Below are positions 9,546 through 19,732 of a DNA stretch of 64,000 bases, piece by piece. The stretch is from a virus: positions 1-64,000 of the IMG/VR virus record IMGVR_UViG_3300044982_000128, one strand, 5' to 3'. Position 1 is the stretch's first letter, and every line of letters starts with the position of its first letter. The position numbers were made by a program, and so were the translations under genes. Under the pieces are notes generated by a model. The model was not told where the DNA came from and made no database searches. It worked only from the letters and a program-made list of their open reading frames with translations.

Positions 9546-12500
9546 AAAAGCCTGTCCTCCTAGCTCTGTTGCTCCTTCCCGCGCTAGCTTCGGCTCAGTC
9601 TATTCCTGCGGGCTATATTCAGGCCACGGCCACGGTCCCGATCCTCGCCAACGGATCTTTCGGTGCCGCCTGGACCAATCTTTCTTCTTCGCCTCAGCTC
9701 GGGCTTCTTGGCTGTGTTTCAACTTTTCAGACCACTGTCAACGGAACGATCGATTCCTTTGGAAAGTTTTCTGTTCTTCTCGCCGATCCCGGACAAATCT
9801 GTCCGTCGCCTTCGACATGGACTTTCACTTTCTCCTGCTACAAACCTCCGGGTGCGTTCATCACTCCGATCACAGTCACTGGAGCGGGCAGTGTCGACGA
9901 TATCTCTGCGCAGATCATCGCTGCTGCGCCAGCAAATATCTGTCAGGGGGGCGGAAGTGGCGGGCTCAACAGTTTCACTTCAGGTCCGTTTAATCCGTTC
10001 TTTACCACATCGCTGGGCTCGGATCCGACTCACAATCCCGCGCTAGCATTTACGGCTGAATCTAACCCAACTTTTACCTTTCCCGGAAACTTCACCTCCG
10101 GTTCTGCCCCGTGGGCCGCATGGACGCTGGCGCAAGGCTCGAATATCACTCTCACGCCGAGCGGCAATACCCTGACAATTGCGGCAACTGGAGGCAGCGG
10201 CGGCTGCACAACTTCAGGCGGAACGAACCAGCCGCAGGGTGCAAACGGTTCCGGCGGATGTTCGGCGATCACAACCCAGGTTGGCGGCACAAACCTGCTG
10301 ACGCCACTTTTGCCGAACGTTGTGGGCGCGGGAAGTGTTGCGGTTACCAACCCAAGCACCAATGAGATTTTGATAACCGGAACGCCTGTCGCACTCCAGA
10401 CCGCCATTACGCCGCCCGTGAGCGGCCAATACGTCGTCATTTATCCTACCGGAGTGAGTACGAGCGGGGCGAACAACAATTGTTTAGCTCCAGTTGCCAA
10501 TCTTCTTTCTGGCTACCTGATCATGCAGCAGCACACGGGGACATTTCCGCCCAGCGCCTGCTCGATCACCTGGACGTTCACGGGCGCACTTGCGGCACAA
10601 GCCCCTTGGGTTATCCCTGCCAACGTGACTGCGGTTTACGCAGCTTCGGTCAACGCCTACGCCACCGAACCCGTAACGGTTTCAGTTGGGGAAACGGAAA
10701 CGGTTTCCGGCGTTTCGCTCGTACCCTCTGTGCCTGCTGCTGCCCAACAGCCGTGGGATCTTCAACAAACGACCTCCGGCGTGACCGGGCTGACAGGAAC
10801 TACGCTTGGTACGGCCACAATCGTGGCTTCTCTGGGGCAATCCGGCACTGCGTCTCCTTATGCCGCGACCGAGTTCTATGTGAACACTTCGGCCTTGATC
10901 GTCTACTACGCAGGTACAGCGTCGCCCGTAAATTCGAACGTCCAGGTGGCTCCGCCGCTCTGCTATATCGCGGTCTCGAGCACCCTCTGTCTCGATTCGA
11001 ACTTTCCAGCTGCGCTCAACGCAACGCCAATCTCCGGGCTCGGTGCGCCGGGTCCGAATATCAACAAGCTCCAGGCGGTCTTTGACGGGGCGAGCTCGTC
11101 GGACTGCACGACCGGCGGGGGCTCGCACTTCAATCTCTGCCAGTCAACGGGTGCGGCCTGGGTCATCTGGGGCGGTGGTGGTGGGGGCGGTGACACGATC
11201 ACAAGCCCCGGCGGAACGCTTACGGTCGGCGGGACCTCGACCAATACCACGCTTGACCTGGCGCTTGGCCATGCCAACGCCTGGAGCGCGCTCCAGGGTT
11301 ATAGTGCCGGCATCAATCTCTCCGGCGGGTCCTCACCGTTTGAGTTGGGCGGCAGCGCCGGCACGGCGGGTCAATGCCCGATCTCCGGCGGCGCCGGCGT
11401 CACCCCGAGCTGGGGCAGCTGCGCGAGTGCGGGCGTAGCCTCGATAGACACGCTGACCGGGGCTTTCACGTTCTCAGGCGCCGGCGTGAGCCATATCGGC
11501 AATGCCTACACCTTCTCGGGAACCGGCAGCGGCGTGTCCCTGCTCAACGGCCTCTCGGGAGCCCTGAGCCTCACCTCAACAGGCTCGACTGTGACCATTA
11601 CGCCCAGCGGCTCGACGATCGATCTTGAGACTTCAGGGTCGGGAAGCGGCGCGATTGCCTCAAACGCCACTTTCGTTTTCACCGGCACATCAATCAATGA
11701 CGATGACCACAATGCCCTCGAACCCCTCGTTTCAGTGAGCAGTTGGTCTACTTCAAGTTCTATCGTGTCATTTGTAAACACAGGCACGAACGGATTTGCG
11801 GCAGGCGATTGGGTAAACGCGAGGTTCTTGACCGGATGGCCTGCTGTACCTTCGGGCATGGCGCTCGGAACCGGACATACCTTGTTTCAGGTTCTGTCTT
11901 CGGGCCTGAGTGCGACAACTTTCCAAATTAATGTTGGATCACTTACTCCTGGTACCTGCCCCTCGTCATGCGGTTCGATGGCTACCGCGATGAATAACTT
12001 TCCGTTTCTTACTACAAATCGGGCATCCTTCCCGACCGCCGCGTTAGCTAATACATCAGTATTTGTTCCTGCTCCAGTGACCATCGCAGGTATCAATTCA
12101 AACTACACCGCTTACCTTCATCCCCTCAGTCCAGCAGTGACGGGTACTCCTGCTTATCTGTTTATTAACGACCACGGCAATGACGATGCGCTTTGTACTT
12201 CTCCGGCTTCTGTGCAGTCAAGCTATCAAGGCGTATTCGCAAAAGCCCATACCGATGGCTATATTGTCGTGGTAGGTACTGGCATCGTGGCTTCGTTCAA
12301 TCAGGTCACCGGCTGCGGAACCGCCTGGCAGTACTGGCTGCAGAATCACCAGTGGCTCATTAACCAGGGAAAAACCTCGCTCAACCGCTCGAGCGGGCAG
12401 TACTGGGATATTCTTGTCGACACCTCCTCGGCGTCTCCTGATGGGTTCAATACCAACTTCCTGGCTTCCTCGGGAGGCCCGGGCCCGTCCGCCGTTGAAG

Positions 12501-13243
12501 GCATGGCGAACGCCAGCGCTTCGGCGATCTACACGGGCGGTGCGACGCCGGTGAATTACAAAGGTTGGTACTGGGGTGCTCCCTCTAGTCAGGGAACGGG
12601 CGCATCGCAGGCCAACGGCTACATCTTCCAGCCGAGTGCCGATAGCGAGTTTTCGACCCTCTGGCTCGGCGCATCCGGTACCGAAATTGCCGCCGTCAAC
12701 ACGACAGACAACCGTTTCTACGTCTTCAATAAGGAAGTCATCGGCAATGGCAACAGCGACTGCCCGGCGGGCGCGATGTTTTGCGTGGGCTCGGGCGGCT
12801 ACATGCGCATCACTTCGGCCGGCGCGGCGTTTCTGACCGACATCACTGACGCCGGCGCGGCGGCGGGCAGCGGGACGAACTGCCTTCAGATTGACACGGT
12901 GGGCCACATCACGAACACGGGCGCTACCTGCACACAAGATATCTGCACTGTCACCCAAGCTCTCAGCACGACCAGCATCGCGCCGGGAGGCTTGAATACC
13001 ACAACGGCGACTTGTACAGGAGCGACCGTTGGAGATATTCCCGACTGCAAATACACGGTCAGCGCTGGGGGATCAGGGATCGTGGGCTATGACGTATCAG
13101 CCAACTCAGGCAATGTATTGACAACCGATGTGCCAACTGTGCAGAGTTCCAACACCATCACTATCAATCAGACCAGTTCTTTGCTCAACACTCTCACGTT
13201 CACTCCGGGTGCCATGTCGATGAAATGCAGGATCACGAGGTAA
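9542..13243 (+). CDS. tail fibre-like protein with signal peptide and degenerate SGNH-like domain
   Basis: MKKPVLLALLLLPALASA|Q; fibre-type repeats (GVASIDTLTGA, GVSLLNGLSGA, ITLTPSGNTLTI, VTITPSGSTIDL); FTGTSI and DHGND SGNH blocks. Confidence 0.65.
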   Translation: MKKPVLLALLLLPALASAQSIPAGYIQATATVPILANGSFGAAWTNLSSSPQLGLLGCVSTFQTTVNGTIDSFGKFSVLLADPGQICPSPSTWTFTFSCYKPPGAFITPITVTGAGSVDDISAQIIAAAPANICQGGGSGGLNSFTSGPFNPFFTTSLGSDPTHNPALAFTAESNPTFTFPGNFTSGSAPWAAWTLAQGSNITLTPSGNTLTIAATGGSGGCTTSGGTNQPQGANGSGGCSAITTQVGGTNLLTPLLPNVVGAGSVAVTNPSTNEILITGTPVALQTAITPPVSGQYVVIYPTGVSTSGANNNCLAPVANLLSGYLIMQQHTGTFPPSACSITWTFTGALAAQAPWVIPANVTAVYAASVNAYATEPVTVSVGETETVSGVSLVPSVPAAAQQPWDLQQTTSGVTGLTGTTLGTATIVASLGQSGTASPYAATEFYVNTSALIVYYAGTASPVNSNVQVAPPLCYIAVSSTLCLDSNFPAALNATPISGLGAPGPNINKLQAVFDGASSSDCTTGGGSHFNLCQSTGAAWVIWGGGGGGGDTITSPGGTLTVGGTSTNTTLDLALGHANAWSALQGYSAGINLSGGSSPFELGGSAGTAGQCPISGGAGVTPSWGSCASAGVASIDTLTGAFTFSGAGVSHIGNAYTFSGTGSGVSLLNGLSGALSLTSTGSTVTITPSGSTIDLETSGSGSGAIASNATFVFTGTSINDDDHNALEPLVSVSSWSTSSSIVSFVNTGTNGFAAGDWVNARFLTGWPAVPSGMALGTGHTLFQVLSSGLSATTFQINVGSLTPGTCPSSCGSMATAMNNFPFLTTNRASFPTAALANTSVFVPAPVTIAGINSNYTAYLHPLSPAVTGTPAYLFINDHGNDDALCTSPASVQSSYQGVFAKAHTDGYIVVVGTGIVASFNQVTGCGTAWQYWLQNHQWLINQGKTSLNRSSGQYWDILVDTSSASPDGFNTNFLASSGGPGPSAVEGMANASASAIYTGGATPVNYKGWYWGAPSSQGTGASQANGYIFQPSADSEFSTLWLGASGTEIAAVNTTDNRFYVFNKEVIGNGNSDCPAGAMFCVGSGGYMRITSAGAAFLTDITDAGAAAGSGTNCLQIDTVGHITNTGATCTQDICTVTQALSTTSIAPGGLNTTTATCTGATVGDIPDCKYTVSAGGSGIVGYDVSANSGNVLTTDVPTVQSSNTITINQTSSLLNTLTFTPGAMSMKCRITR

Positions 13244-13245
13244 CG

Positions 13246-15390
13246 ATGAACGTTCTCAAAACTGCAATCCTCGCAGCTCTTCTGCTGATTCCGTTATCGC
13301 TGGCGGCGCAGGTGTCGAACCCGCAGATCATCATCGTCAGCGCCGATCCCTCGGGAACTACACCCTGCAATTTACCGTGGCGCTGGAACGCACTGGGAAG
13401 CGGGGATATCTGGTATCCAGGCAGCCCCAGCGGCGGGAGTTGCACGTGGACACAACTTGGCAGCGGCGGTGGAGGGACCGGCAACCTTAGCGGTACACTA
13501 ACCACCAACTCGCCCTTATACGGGTCCGCAGTTCACACGGTCTCCAGCCTTCCGACGAATGTGTTCGGCAGCGAGTTCTTTGACGGAGCGGGTGATATTC
13601 CAACCATTGTGCCGCCTTTCGCGGTCGATGTGACCCAAGCACCATACAACGCAAAGTGCGACGGACATTCAGATGATTCAGCAGCGATTCAGGCTGCATT
13701 GGATAACAATCCGGCAGTGTTTATTCCAACCGGACCGTCGGCCCCCACACAATGCCAGATTCCAGAGGGGATAACACTGTGCAGTAGCAGCAACCATTTT
13801 CAATACAACGCCCTGTATGGGAATAACCAGTATCTAGGGTATACCGGCACAGGGATCGCGGTTTATCTGGGGAACTGCCCGTCAAGCGGTTTCTCAATGG
13901 TTAGGGACACAAACATAGATGCCAGCTTGTCTTCAGGGACGCCGACTGCCTTTCAAACGGGTTTGTGGGCCAATCTTATCAACGATGCTGACAGCTTGCC
14001 GGCCGATAGCACATCCATAACCTCGTCGGACCAGCACGTTTATGTCCAAAACTATAACGGCACAGGGTCGGTCAGCATGGACGCTGACGGGATCATCCTC
14101 AATTCGGTCTTCGTTGGCAATCTTACTTTTGGGGATGAGAACGACATTGTTGAGACGACTCATTTTGATGGTAAGTTGACGCTGCCCGGAGGGAACGGTT
14201 TTGTAACCGTGGATAATGCCATCTTTGACGGGGGCGTATCTGTAGAGGTCAATGCGGGTCTAGTAGTGATTGGCGGTCGGTATGCCACGGCGTCAGGTCC
14301 GGTGTTTTCGCTGGCTGACGGCTCAAGCGTGACCTTCGTCAACGCGCAAATCAACGCCGCTGGCGGGGTAGCAATTGCGCTTTCAACCGACAACGGTACG
14401 TTGAACGTGAACGGCAATGTGGTGCTCGACACCAACGCGAGCACCATTACGGGAACAGCTTCAGGTGGGGTATTGAGCGTGAATCCAACTGATGCTGCCA
14501 GCTACACACGGACGTTCGGCTATCCCACGACTACTCAGTCCAATGTCGTCGCCATAGATTCCAACGGGAAACTTTACAACAACTCGGCTCCGTCGATATC
14601 GGCTGCAAACATGACGAGCTTTCCAACCTTCAATCAGAACACCACCGGGAGCGCGGCAAAGATCACATCGAACGGCACCGCGAACCAAGTCTGGGGCATG
14701 AACTCAGGCGGTTCGGCGCAGGGATGGCAGACGGCTGCGAGCAGTAGTAAGTTCCCTTACAAGATTTTCCAAAGCGACCAGACTCAATTCGCGTCGGGCA
14801 CGTCGTGGACGTACACGTTTCCCAACGCTTTGCAGTCTTCCGGTGCCACCGCAATGTTGATCTTCGCCGCAGATGCGAGTGGATCATTTACCGGACCTTC
14901 TGGTTGGACATGTTCGATCAATGTCAGCAGCGGAACAAATTACCCGCGCCTAGTGGTTTGCATCGTCGCTAGTGCTGGGCAGACCACGGCTAGTTTCTCG
15001 GTTGCAAATACAGCATCTCCCTCTCTCCGTTTCTACGAGCTTGGCGGCACACGCACCTTCGACATAACTTCAGGAACGCAATACACGACCGGCTCGCCAA
15101 CGACCATAGGATTACCTTCAATCACACCGACCTCAGGTGCCGCCGTTTGGGCAATATGCACAGCGGTGGGCCCGAACAGCACAGGAATGACGCTCGTGCA
15201 ACTACCGCTTGGTCGGCCAGATTGGTCACCTGCCGACGTGCTGAATACGAATGCGACTGGGCGCGTTCTCCTCGGTGGGGTCTACGACTATGCAAGCGAC
15301 GGCACCGCTATTCAGCCGCCTCAACTTGAACCGTACTTCTCAGCCTTTTCAGGTAGCGGTCTTTCTTGCGCAACCTTTTCAATCAAATGA
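13246..15390 (+). CDS. tailspike-like beta-helix protein with signal peptide
   Basis: MNVLKTAILAALLLIPLSLAA|Q; pectate_lyase_3-type start VDVTQAPYNAKCDGHSDDSAAIQAALD. Confidence 0.7.
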   Translation: MNVLKTAILAALLLIPLSLAAQVSNPQIIIVSADPSGTTPCNLPWRWNALGSGDIWYPGSPSGGSCTWTQLGSGGGGTGNLSGTLTTNSPLYGSAVHTVSSLPTNVFGSEFFDGAGDIPTIVPPFAVDVTQAPYNAKCDGHSDDSAAIQAALDNNPAVFIPTGPSAPTQCQIPEGITLCSSSNHFQYNALYGNNQYLGYTGTGIAVYLGNCPSSGFSMVRDTNIDASLSSGTPTAFQTGLWANLINDADSLPADSTSITSSDQHVYVQNYNGTGSVSMDADGIILNSVFVGNLTFGDENDIVETTHFDGKLTLPGGNGFVTVDNAIFDGGVSVEVNAGLVVIGGRYATASGPVFSLADGSSVTFVNAQINAAGGVAIALSTDNGTLNVNGNVVLDTNASTITGTASGGVLSVNPTDAASYTRTFGYPTTTQSNVVAIDSNGKLYNNSAPSISAANMTSFPTFNQNTTGSAAKITSNGTANQVWGMNSGGSAQGWQTAASSSKFPYKIFQSDQTQFASGTSWTYTFPNALQSSGATAMLIFAADASGSFTGPSGWTCSINVSSGTNYPRLVVCIVASAGQTTASFSVANTASPSLRFYELGGTRTFDITSGTQYTTGSPTTIGLPSITPTSGAAVWAICTAVGPNSTGMTLVQLPLGRPDWSPADVLNTNATGRVLLGGVYDYASDGTAIQPPQLEPYFSAFSGSGLSCATFSIK

Positions 15391-17861
15391 AGCAACTTCT
15401 CCTCATCTTCGTAGCCCTGCCCCTGATGGCGCAAAGCCCGTCAGGCCTGCTGAATACCAATCGCTATCCGGCGCCGGGGTGGACAGCAGCAGGAGCGGGC
15501 ACCATACCGGCGAGAACGACGATCTGCACATCGCTCACGTCCTCGGCAACGCCTTCTGCGGTGGCCTCTGCCATCACGTCCTGTCCGTCCGGTGAAACCG
15601 TTTCTCTGGGAGCAGGGACGTACAACTGGTCAACGTCGCTCATTATTTCGGCGCAAACCCTCAACGTGACTCTTCGAGGCGCGGGACCAAAGAGCACCAT
15701 CCTGAAGTTCTCAGGCACCAGCACGAATTGCCTTGGCATCGGCCCCACGGCCATCTGTCCCTACAATGGCGACTCCAACGCTCTCGGAGGCACTTCGAAC
15801 TTCTGCGCATGGACGGCGGGTTACTCGGCCGGAACAACGGTCCTGACGGCAGGGACTTGCTCGGCGGGATCTCTATCCAATCTTCATGTCGGTTCTCTGC
15901 TGATGCTGAGCCAGAACGACGATTCGACCGACACCGGAAACGCTCTGTTCAACGGAACGACAACCTACTCGCAACAAGGAGATGGAGGAAACGTCATTCC
16001 GGGTCAGTCCCAGACTCAGCTTGTGAGCGTAACTAATATCTCGGGAACAAGCATTACCATCTCTCCCGCGATCTATGCCCCGCAATGGTCCTCGGGCAAG
16101 AGTCCGCAAATGTCCTTCTCCTCTTCCCTGCCCTTGAATGGATTTGGGCTGGAGAACCTGACCGTCGATACGTCTTCCGTTCCTTCCTCCAGCCAGAACG
16201 CGGCCATGATTCAGTTTGTCTGGGCTACGAATTCCTGGGTCAAGAACGTCTCGATGATCAACTCGACTTCGGGAGCGTTTCACAAGCATGTCTGGGTTGC
16301 CGACTCCTCGCACATCACAGTCAGGGATTCCTACATGTATGGGGCCGATCCATCTTCGGAGGGTTATGGAGTGGATTTCTGGGAGTCCGCCGATAACCTC
16401 GCCGAGAACAATATCTGCCAGCACATGCCGACCTGCGAAATCATGGAGGGGGGAGCGGGAAACGTCTTTGGGTACAACTATGCCGTCGATAACTACTACA
16501 ACAACGGCGATCCCCAGTGGCAGCAGTGCGATCAGTTCCATCACAACGCGGGAGACTATTACAATCTCTGGGAAGGCAACATCGGCATCTGCCACACCGA
16601 AGATTCGATTCACGGCACAGCTTTTGCCAATACGGTCTTCCGCAACGCTCTGAGCGGCTTCGATCCCTCGACTTCCACCACCAAGACGCAGAACAACCTG
16701 ACGTTCAACACGATGGGTTACGCGCGGTATGCAAACTACGTGGATAACGTCCTCGGATACGGCGGTCATGCCACGAGCTATCAGTACAACATGGCCTCGA
16801 CAACGGACTGCGGGATCGGCAATTCCGGCATGGTGTTTCTGTGGGGCGATACAGGGCAGATCGGGTCTGAGTATTCCTCAACCTGCTATGGCGGAACCCT
16901 GAGTCCTCCCGGCCCGGTTCCCAACGACATCGTAAGCAATGCGGGACCGGCCTTCTCTTCGATGGTCTGCGGCAACTGGGATGCTGTCACGGCCGGGATA
17001 CATACCTGCGCAACAGCTTCGAGCGCATCGACGTATCCAGGTCTTTCGAGTCCTTCAACCTCATACGCCAGCTATCCCTCGTTCTATCGCTCCGGCACGC
17101 CGGCATGGTGGAACTTCCCTTCCGGCCTGCTTGCGCCCTATCCGGGCATCGGGTCCGAAGTGACTGGAGGAAATATCTCCGGAACCAGCGGAACGGCTTA
17201 TCTGAATCCCGCAGCGAACAATTATCTCAATAACCTTGGGGGCCTGACGAACGGGTCTACGGGCTCCCTGCAATCGAGCTTCGATGGCAGCGTGTATTAC
17301 TCAGGCGCCGGAACGGTCAATCTCACGGTGGCGACTGCCGGCAGCGGGACCGGAACCATCACAGGCTCGAACTGCGCCAACGGCAACTATGCCAGCGCTA
17401 CCTCCGTCACCTGTACAGCGACGGCCACGGGCGGTTCAACTTTATCGTCGGTTGCGGGAACCGGCAGCGCCTCTGGCTGCACGTCTTCCCCCTGCACCTT
17501 CAGCCTGACCACGCCAAGCACGTATACCGCGACGTTCACGGGCGGCACGGCAACCTGCGGCAACCCTTACCAGAATGGTCCGAACTACTCAGGCAGCTAC
17601 GCAGTCCCGCCGACCATTCTTCCTTTGTCTGTCGGGTTCACTTCGCCAACCACCGGATGCGCGATGCACGCGACGTTCGATGGATCGGCACCGACCTGCT
17701 CCAGTGCTTCCTATTCCGGGTCGAGTTCGCTTTCGAGTTCGACCGTGATTCGCGTCATTGCCTGCCAGACGGCGTACACCAGTTCTTCGATCATCGGCGG
17801 GACATGGACGTTTACCGGCCTGGCACCGCCGCCCATCAGTATCATCGTGTTAGGAGATTGA
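15387..17861 (+). CDS. right-handed beta-helix protein with signal peptide and C-terminal Ig-like / FN3-associated domains
   Basis: MKQLLLIFVALPLMA|Q; VTLRGAGPKSTIL, GLENLTVD, NSWVKNV, DNLAENN beta-helix coils; HATFDGSAPT C-terminal motif. Confidence 0.7.
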   Translation: MKQLLLIFVALPLMAQSPSGLLNTNRYPAPGWTAAGAGTIPARTTICTSLTSSATPSAVASAITSCPSGETVSLGAGTYNWSTSLIISAQTLNVTLRGAGPKSTILKFSGTSTNCLGIGPTAICPYNGDSNALGGTSNFCAWTAGYSAGTTVLTAGTCSAGSLSNLHVGSLLMLSQNDDSTDTGNALFNGTTTYSQQGDGGNVIPGQSQTQLVSVTNISGTSITISPAIYAPQWSSGKSPQMSFSSSLPLNGFGLENLTVDTSSVPSSSQNAAMIQFVWATNSWVKNVSMINSTSGAFHKHVWVADSSHITVRDSYMYGADPSSEGYGVDFWESADNLAENNICQHMPTCEIMEGGAGNVFGYNYAVDNYYNNGDPQWQQCDQFHHNAGDYYNLWEGNIGICHTEDSIHGTAFANTVFRNALSGFDPSTSTTKTQNNLTFNTMGYARYANYVDNVLGYGGHATSYQYNMASTTDCGIGNSGMVFLWGDTGQIGSEYSSTCYGGTLSPPGPVPNDIVSNAGPAFSSMVCGNWDAVTAGIHTCATASSASTYPGLSSPSTSYASYPSFYRSGTPAWWNFPSGLLAPYPGIGSEVTGGNISGTSGTAYLNPAANNYLNNLGGLTNGSTGSLQSSFDGSVYYSGAGTVNLTVATAGSGTGTITGSNCANGNYASATSVTCTATATGGSTLSSVAGTGSASGCTSSPCTFSLTTPSTYTATFTGGTATCGNPYQNGPNYSGSYAVPPTILPLSVGFTSPTTGCAMHATFDGSAPTCSSASYSGSSSLSSSTVIRVIACQTAYTSSSIIGGTWTFTGLAPPPISIIVLGD

Positions 17862-18248
17862 ATGCGATTAACTGAACTTGAGCCGCAATTCATGCGCTAC
17901 GAAACACGCATCCCGGAGCCAGAAACCGGCCGCGCTCCAACTGACCTTCAGCAATATCTGCATCAGGTTGACACTCTGTCCGAAGCGCAAGGCATTCAGT
18001 TTCTTTGCCCTGTTTGCTTCCTCAAAAACAACGGGCCAATCGGAACGCATCTGATAGAAGTTTCATTCGCTGGAAGAGGAGTGGCCGACGATCAGGGAAG
18101 CCATAATTGACAAGGCCAGCCAAGCCGATGGAATACATCTGGTACGGGGTACTCGGACCTTACAACCACGCCCTCAATCCTCATCGATCCCGCCAAGCCC
18201 GCTTGCGATGGCTGGCACGGATTCATCACGAACGGAGAGATTCAATGA
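17862..18248 (+). pseudogene. DUF6527-like metal-binding protein interrupted by an in-frame TGA (18108-18110)
   Basis: FLCPVC..H before the stop; same frame continues QGQPSRWNTSGTGYSDLTTTPSILIDPAKPACDGWHGFITNGEIQ to TGA 18248, which overlaps the next ATG. Confidence 0.7.
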
Positions 18249-18661
18249 AATTCCTCTTGCTCATCCTCGTTCTGTTCGGCTGCAATCTAGCAGTTGCACA
18301 GGCGGCTACCGCCCACACCGCCACCTACTCCATCAACAATGCAGGCTGCTCAACCACCGTTGCCTGTACCGCGCAAATCTATGCGATTGTGATTCCTTCC
18401 GGGACTTGCCCCGCAATCGGGGATGCGTCCTACGTCGAAATTCAGTCAACTCTCGCGCCAGACAGCACCACAGCCACCAACGCTCACTGGGATTACGTCG
18501 ATTCCCGCTCGGTTCTTGTATCGGGGCAAATCTATTGCGCTTATGCGACTTCCACGCCTACAGGAGGTGGACCTAGCCCTGCTAGTGTTTTGTTTCAAGG
18601 AACGATTCCCACATCGACGGTAACTCTTCCAGCGCCGGGAATCAGCGTGACGTTGAAATGA
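18245..18661 (+). CDS. secreted FN3-like beta-sandwich protein
   Basis: Signal peptide MKFLLLILVLFGCNLAVA|Q; YVD..V.SGQIYCAYAT FN3-like strand pattern. Confidence 0.6.
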   Translation: MKFLLLILVLFGCNLAVAQAATAHTATYSINNAGCSTTVACTAQIYAIVIPSGTCPAIGDASYVEIQSTLAPDSTTATNAHWDYVDSRSVLVSGQIYCAYATSTPTGGGPSPASVLFQGTIPTSTVTLPAPGISVTLK

Positions 18662-18885
18662 CAGATGCAGTAACCATCGCTCTGATCGCCGCCGCCCCCG
18701 GCGCTCTCGGGTCGTTCGTAGCGGCATGGCTGGGCTGGCTGAACCGGCAGAAGATCGCCCATGTCGAGCATTCCATGAACAGTTTGCTGGATAAGCGCGT
18801 AGAGGACGCAGACCAGCTTGGGGAAGCAAGAGGCAGAGCAGCAGGAGCAGAGACGGAAAGAACGCGCAAAGAGGAGCATTCGTGA
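18658..18885 (+). CDS. single-TM holin-like protein
   Basis: N-terminal TM helix, charged tail, start of lysis cassette. Confidence 0.5.
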   Translation: MTDAVTIALIAAAPGALGSFVAAWLGWLNRQKIAHVEHSMNSLLDKRVEDADQLGEARGRAAGAETERTRKEEHS

Positions 18886-18938
18886 TGGGCTGTCCTGTAC
18901 ATAGGAGTCGCGTAACAGGCGACAGCGGAGAGTGAGCC

Positions 18939-19319
18939 GTGCCCAACTTAGGACGCAGACGGGGTGATGGAGTGGGCTATCAGCATGGGTCTGGAAGCAC
19001 TGACATGGAACTTGCGTTGGTGCAGGCCGAGGTAGAGAGAATCGGCCCCATCGTCCGCGACCACGCAGACCGCATTGATGATCTTGAGGCTTCCCGCGAC
19101 AGAATCAAGGGAATGTTCATCGTCCTCGTCGTTCTGCAAAGTCTGGTCTTCATCCTTGTAGGCGCATTGTTCGGATGGGGCTTGAATCACATGACTTTCC
19201 ACTCAGATTATGAGCCACGAGAGCCGCATTCTAGCGTACAATCTCAACCAACAGATTCGCAGATGACTCAAGATGAACCCAAGGAAATACAGGCCCCCAT
19301 CGTCAATGACAAGAGGTGA
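18939..19319 (+). CDS. coiled-coil plus single-TM membrane protein (lysis accessory)
   Basis: Coiled coil then MFIVLVVLQSLVFILVGALFGWG; start uncertain. Confidence 0.45.
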   Translation: MPNLGRRRGDGVGYQHGSGSTDMELALVQAEVERIGPIVRDHADRIDDLEASRDRIKGMFIVLVVLQSLVFILVGALFGWGLNHMTFHSDYEPREPHSSVQSQPTDSQMTQDEPKEIQAPIVNDKR

Positions 19320-19500
19320 CTGAAATGGGCACAGCTCCGAATTGCGGCGGCATTAACCAACCACCCTGCAAGCCAACCAGCGCAGATGAAACCTACACGG
19401 GCGAGCAGATGGATGCTTATGGCTGGGCCTGCTACCGGAAGGGTCTGCGCGACGGGGACAGCGGGAAGGTCCGGCAGTACCAGAAAGAGCAGGGCAAACC

Positions 19501-19668
19501 CTAGTGATGTACCAGAATCGACAGCATGTAGAACATCAGCCCGGCTGCGATGAATCGGCCCCAACCCCATGGCGACGGCGCTGGCTGGGGATCGCGGTAC
19601 ACGAAAGCGGCGATGCCGAACAGGACCAGGGCGACTACGAGACAGATCAGTGAATAGGGAGCTTCCAT
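19501..19668 (-). CDS. 55-aa two-TM membrane protein, opposite strand within the lysis cassette
   Basis: Not in ORF track; translates MEAPYSLICLVVALVLFGIAAFVYRDPQPAPSPWGWGRFIAAGLMFYMLSILVHH and fills an otherwise empty gap. Confidence 0.7.
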   Translation of the reverse strand: MEAPYSLICLVVALVLFGIAAFVYRDPQPAPSPWGWGRFIAAGLMFYMLSILVHH

Positions 19669-19732
19669 GGCGGTATTGTCACACTCCTTGAATGGGTTGG
19701 ATGAGCAAAACGAGACAGGAAGACGGTAAAGA

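Noticed and set aside
9542-17861. Diversity-generating retroelement or invertible tail-fibre cassette
   Set aside because: No reverse transcriptase, invertase or template/variable repeat pair seen
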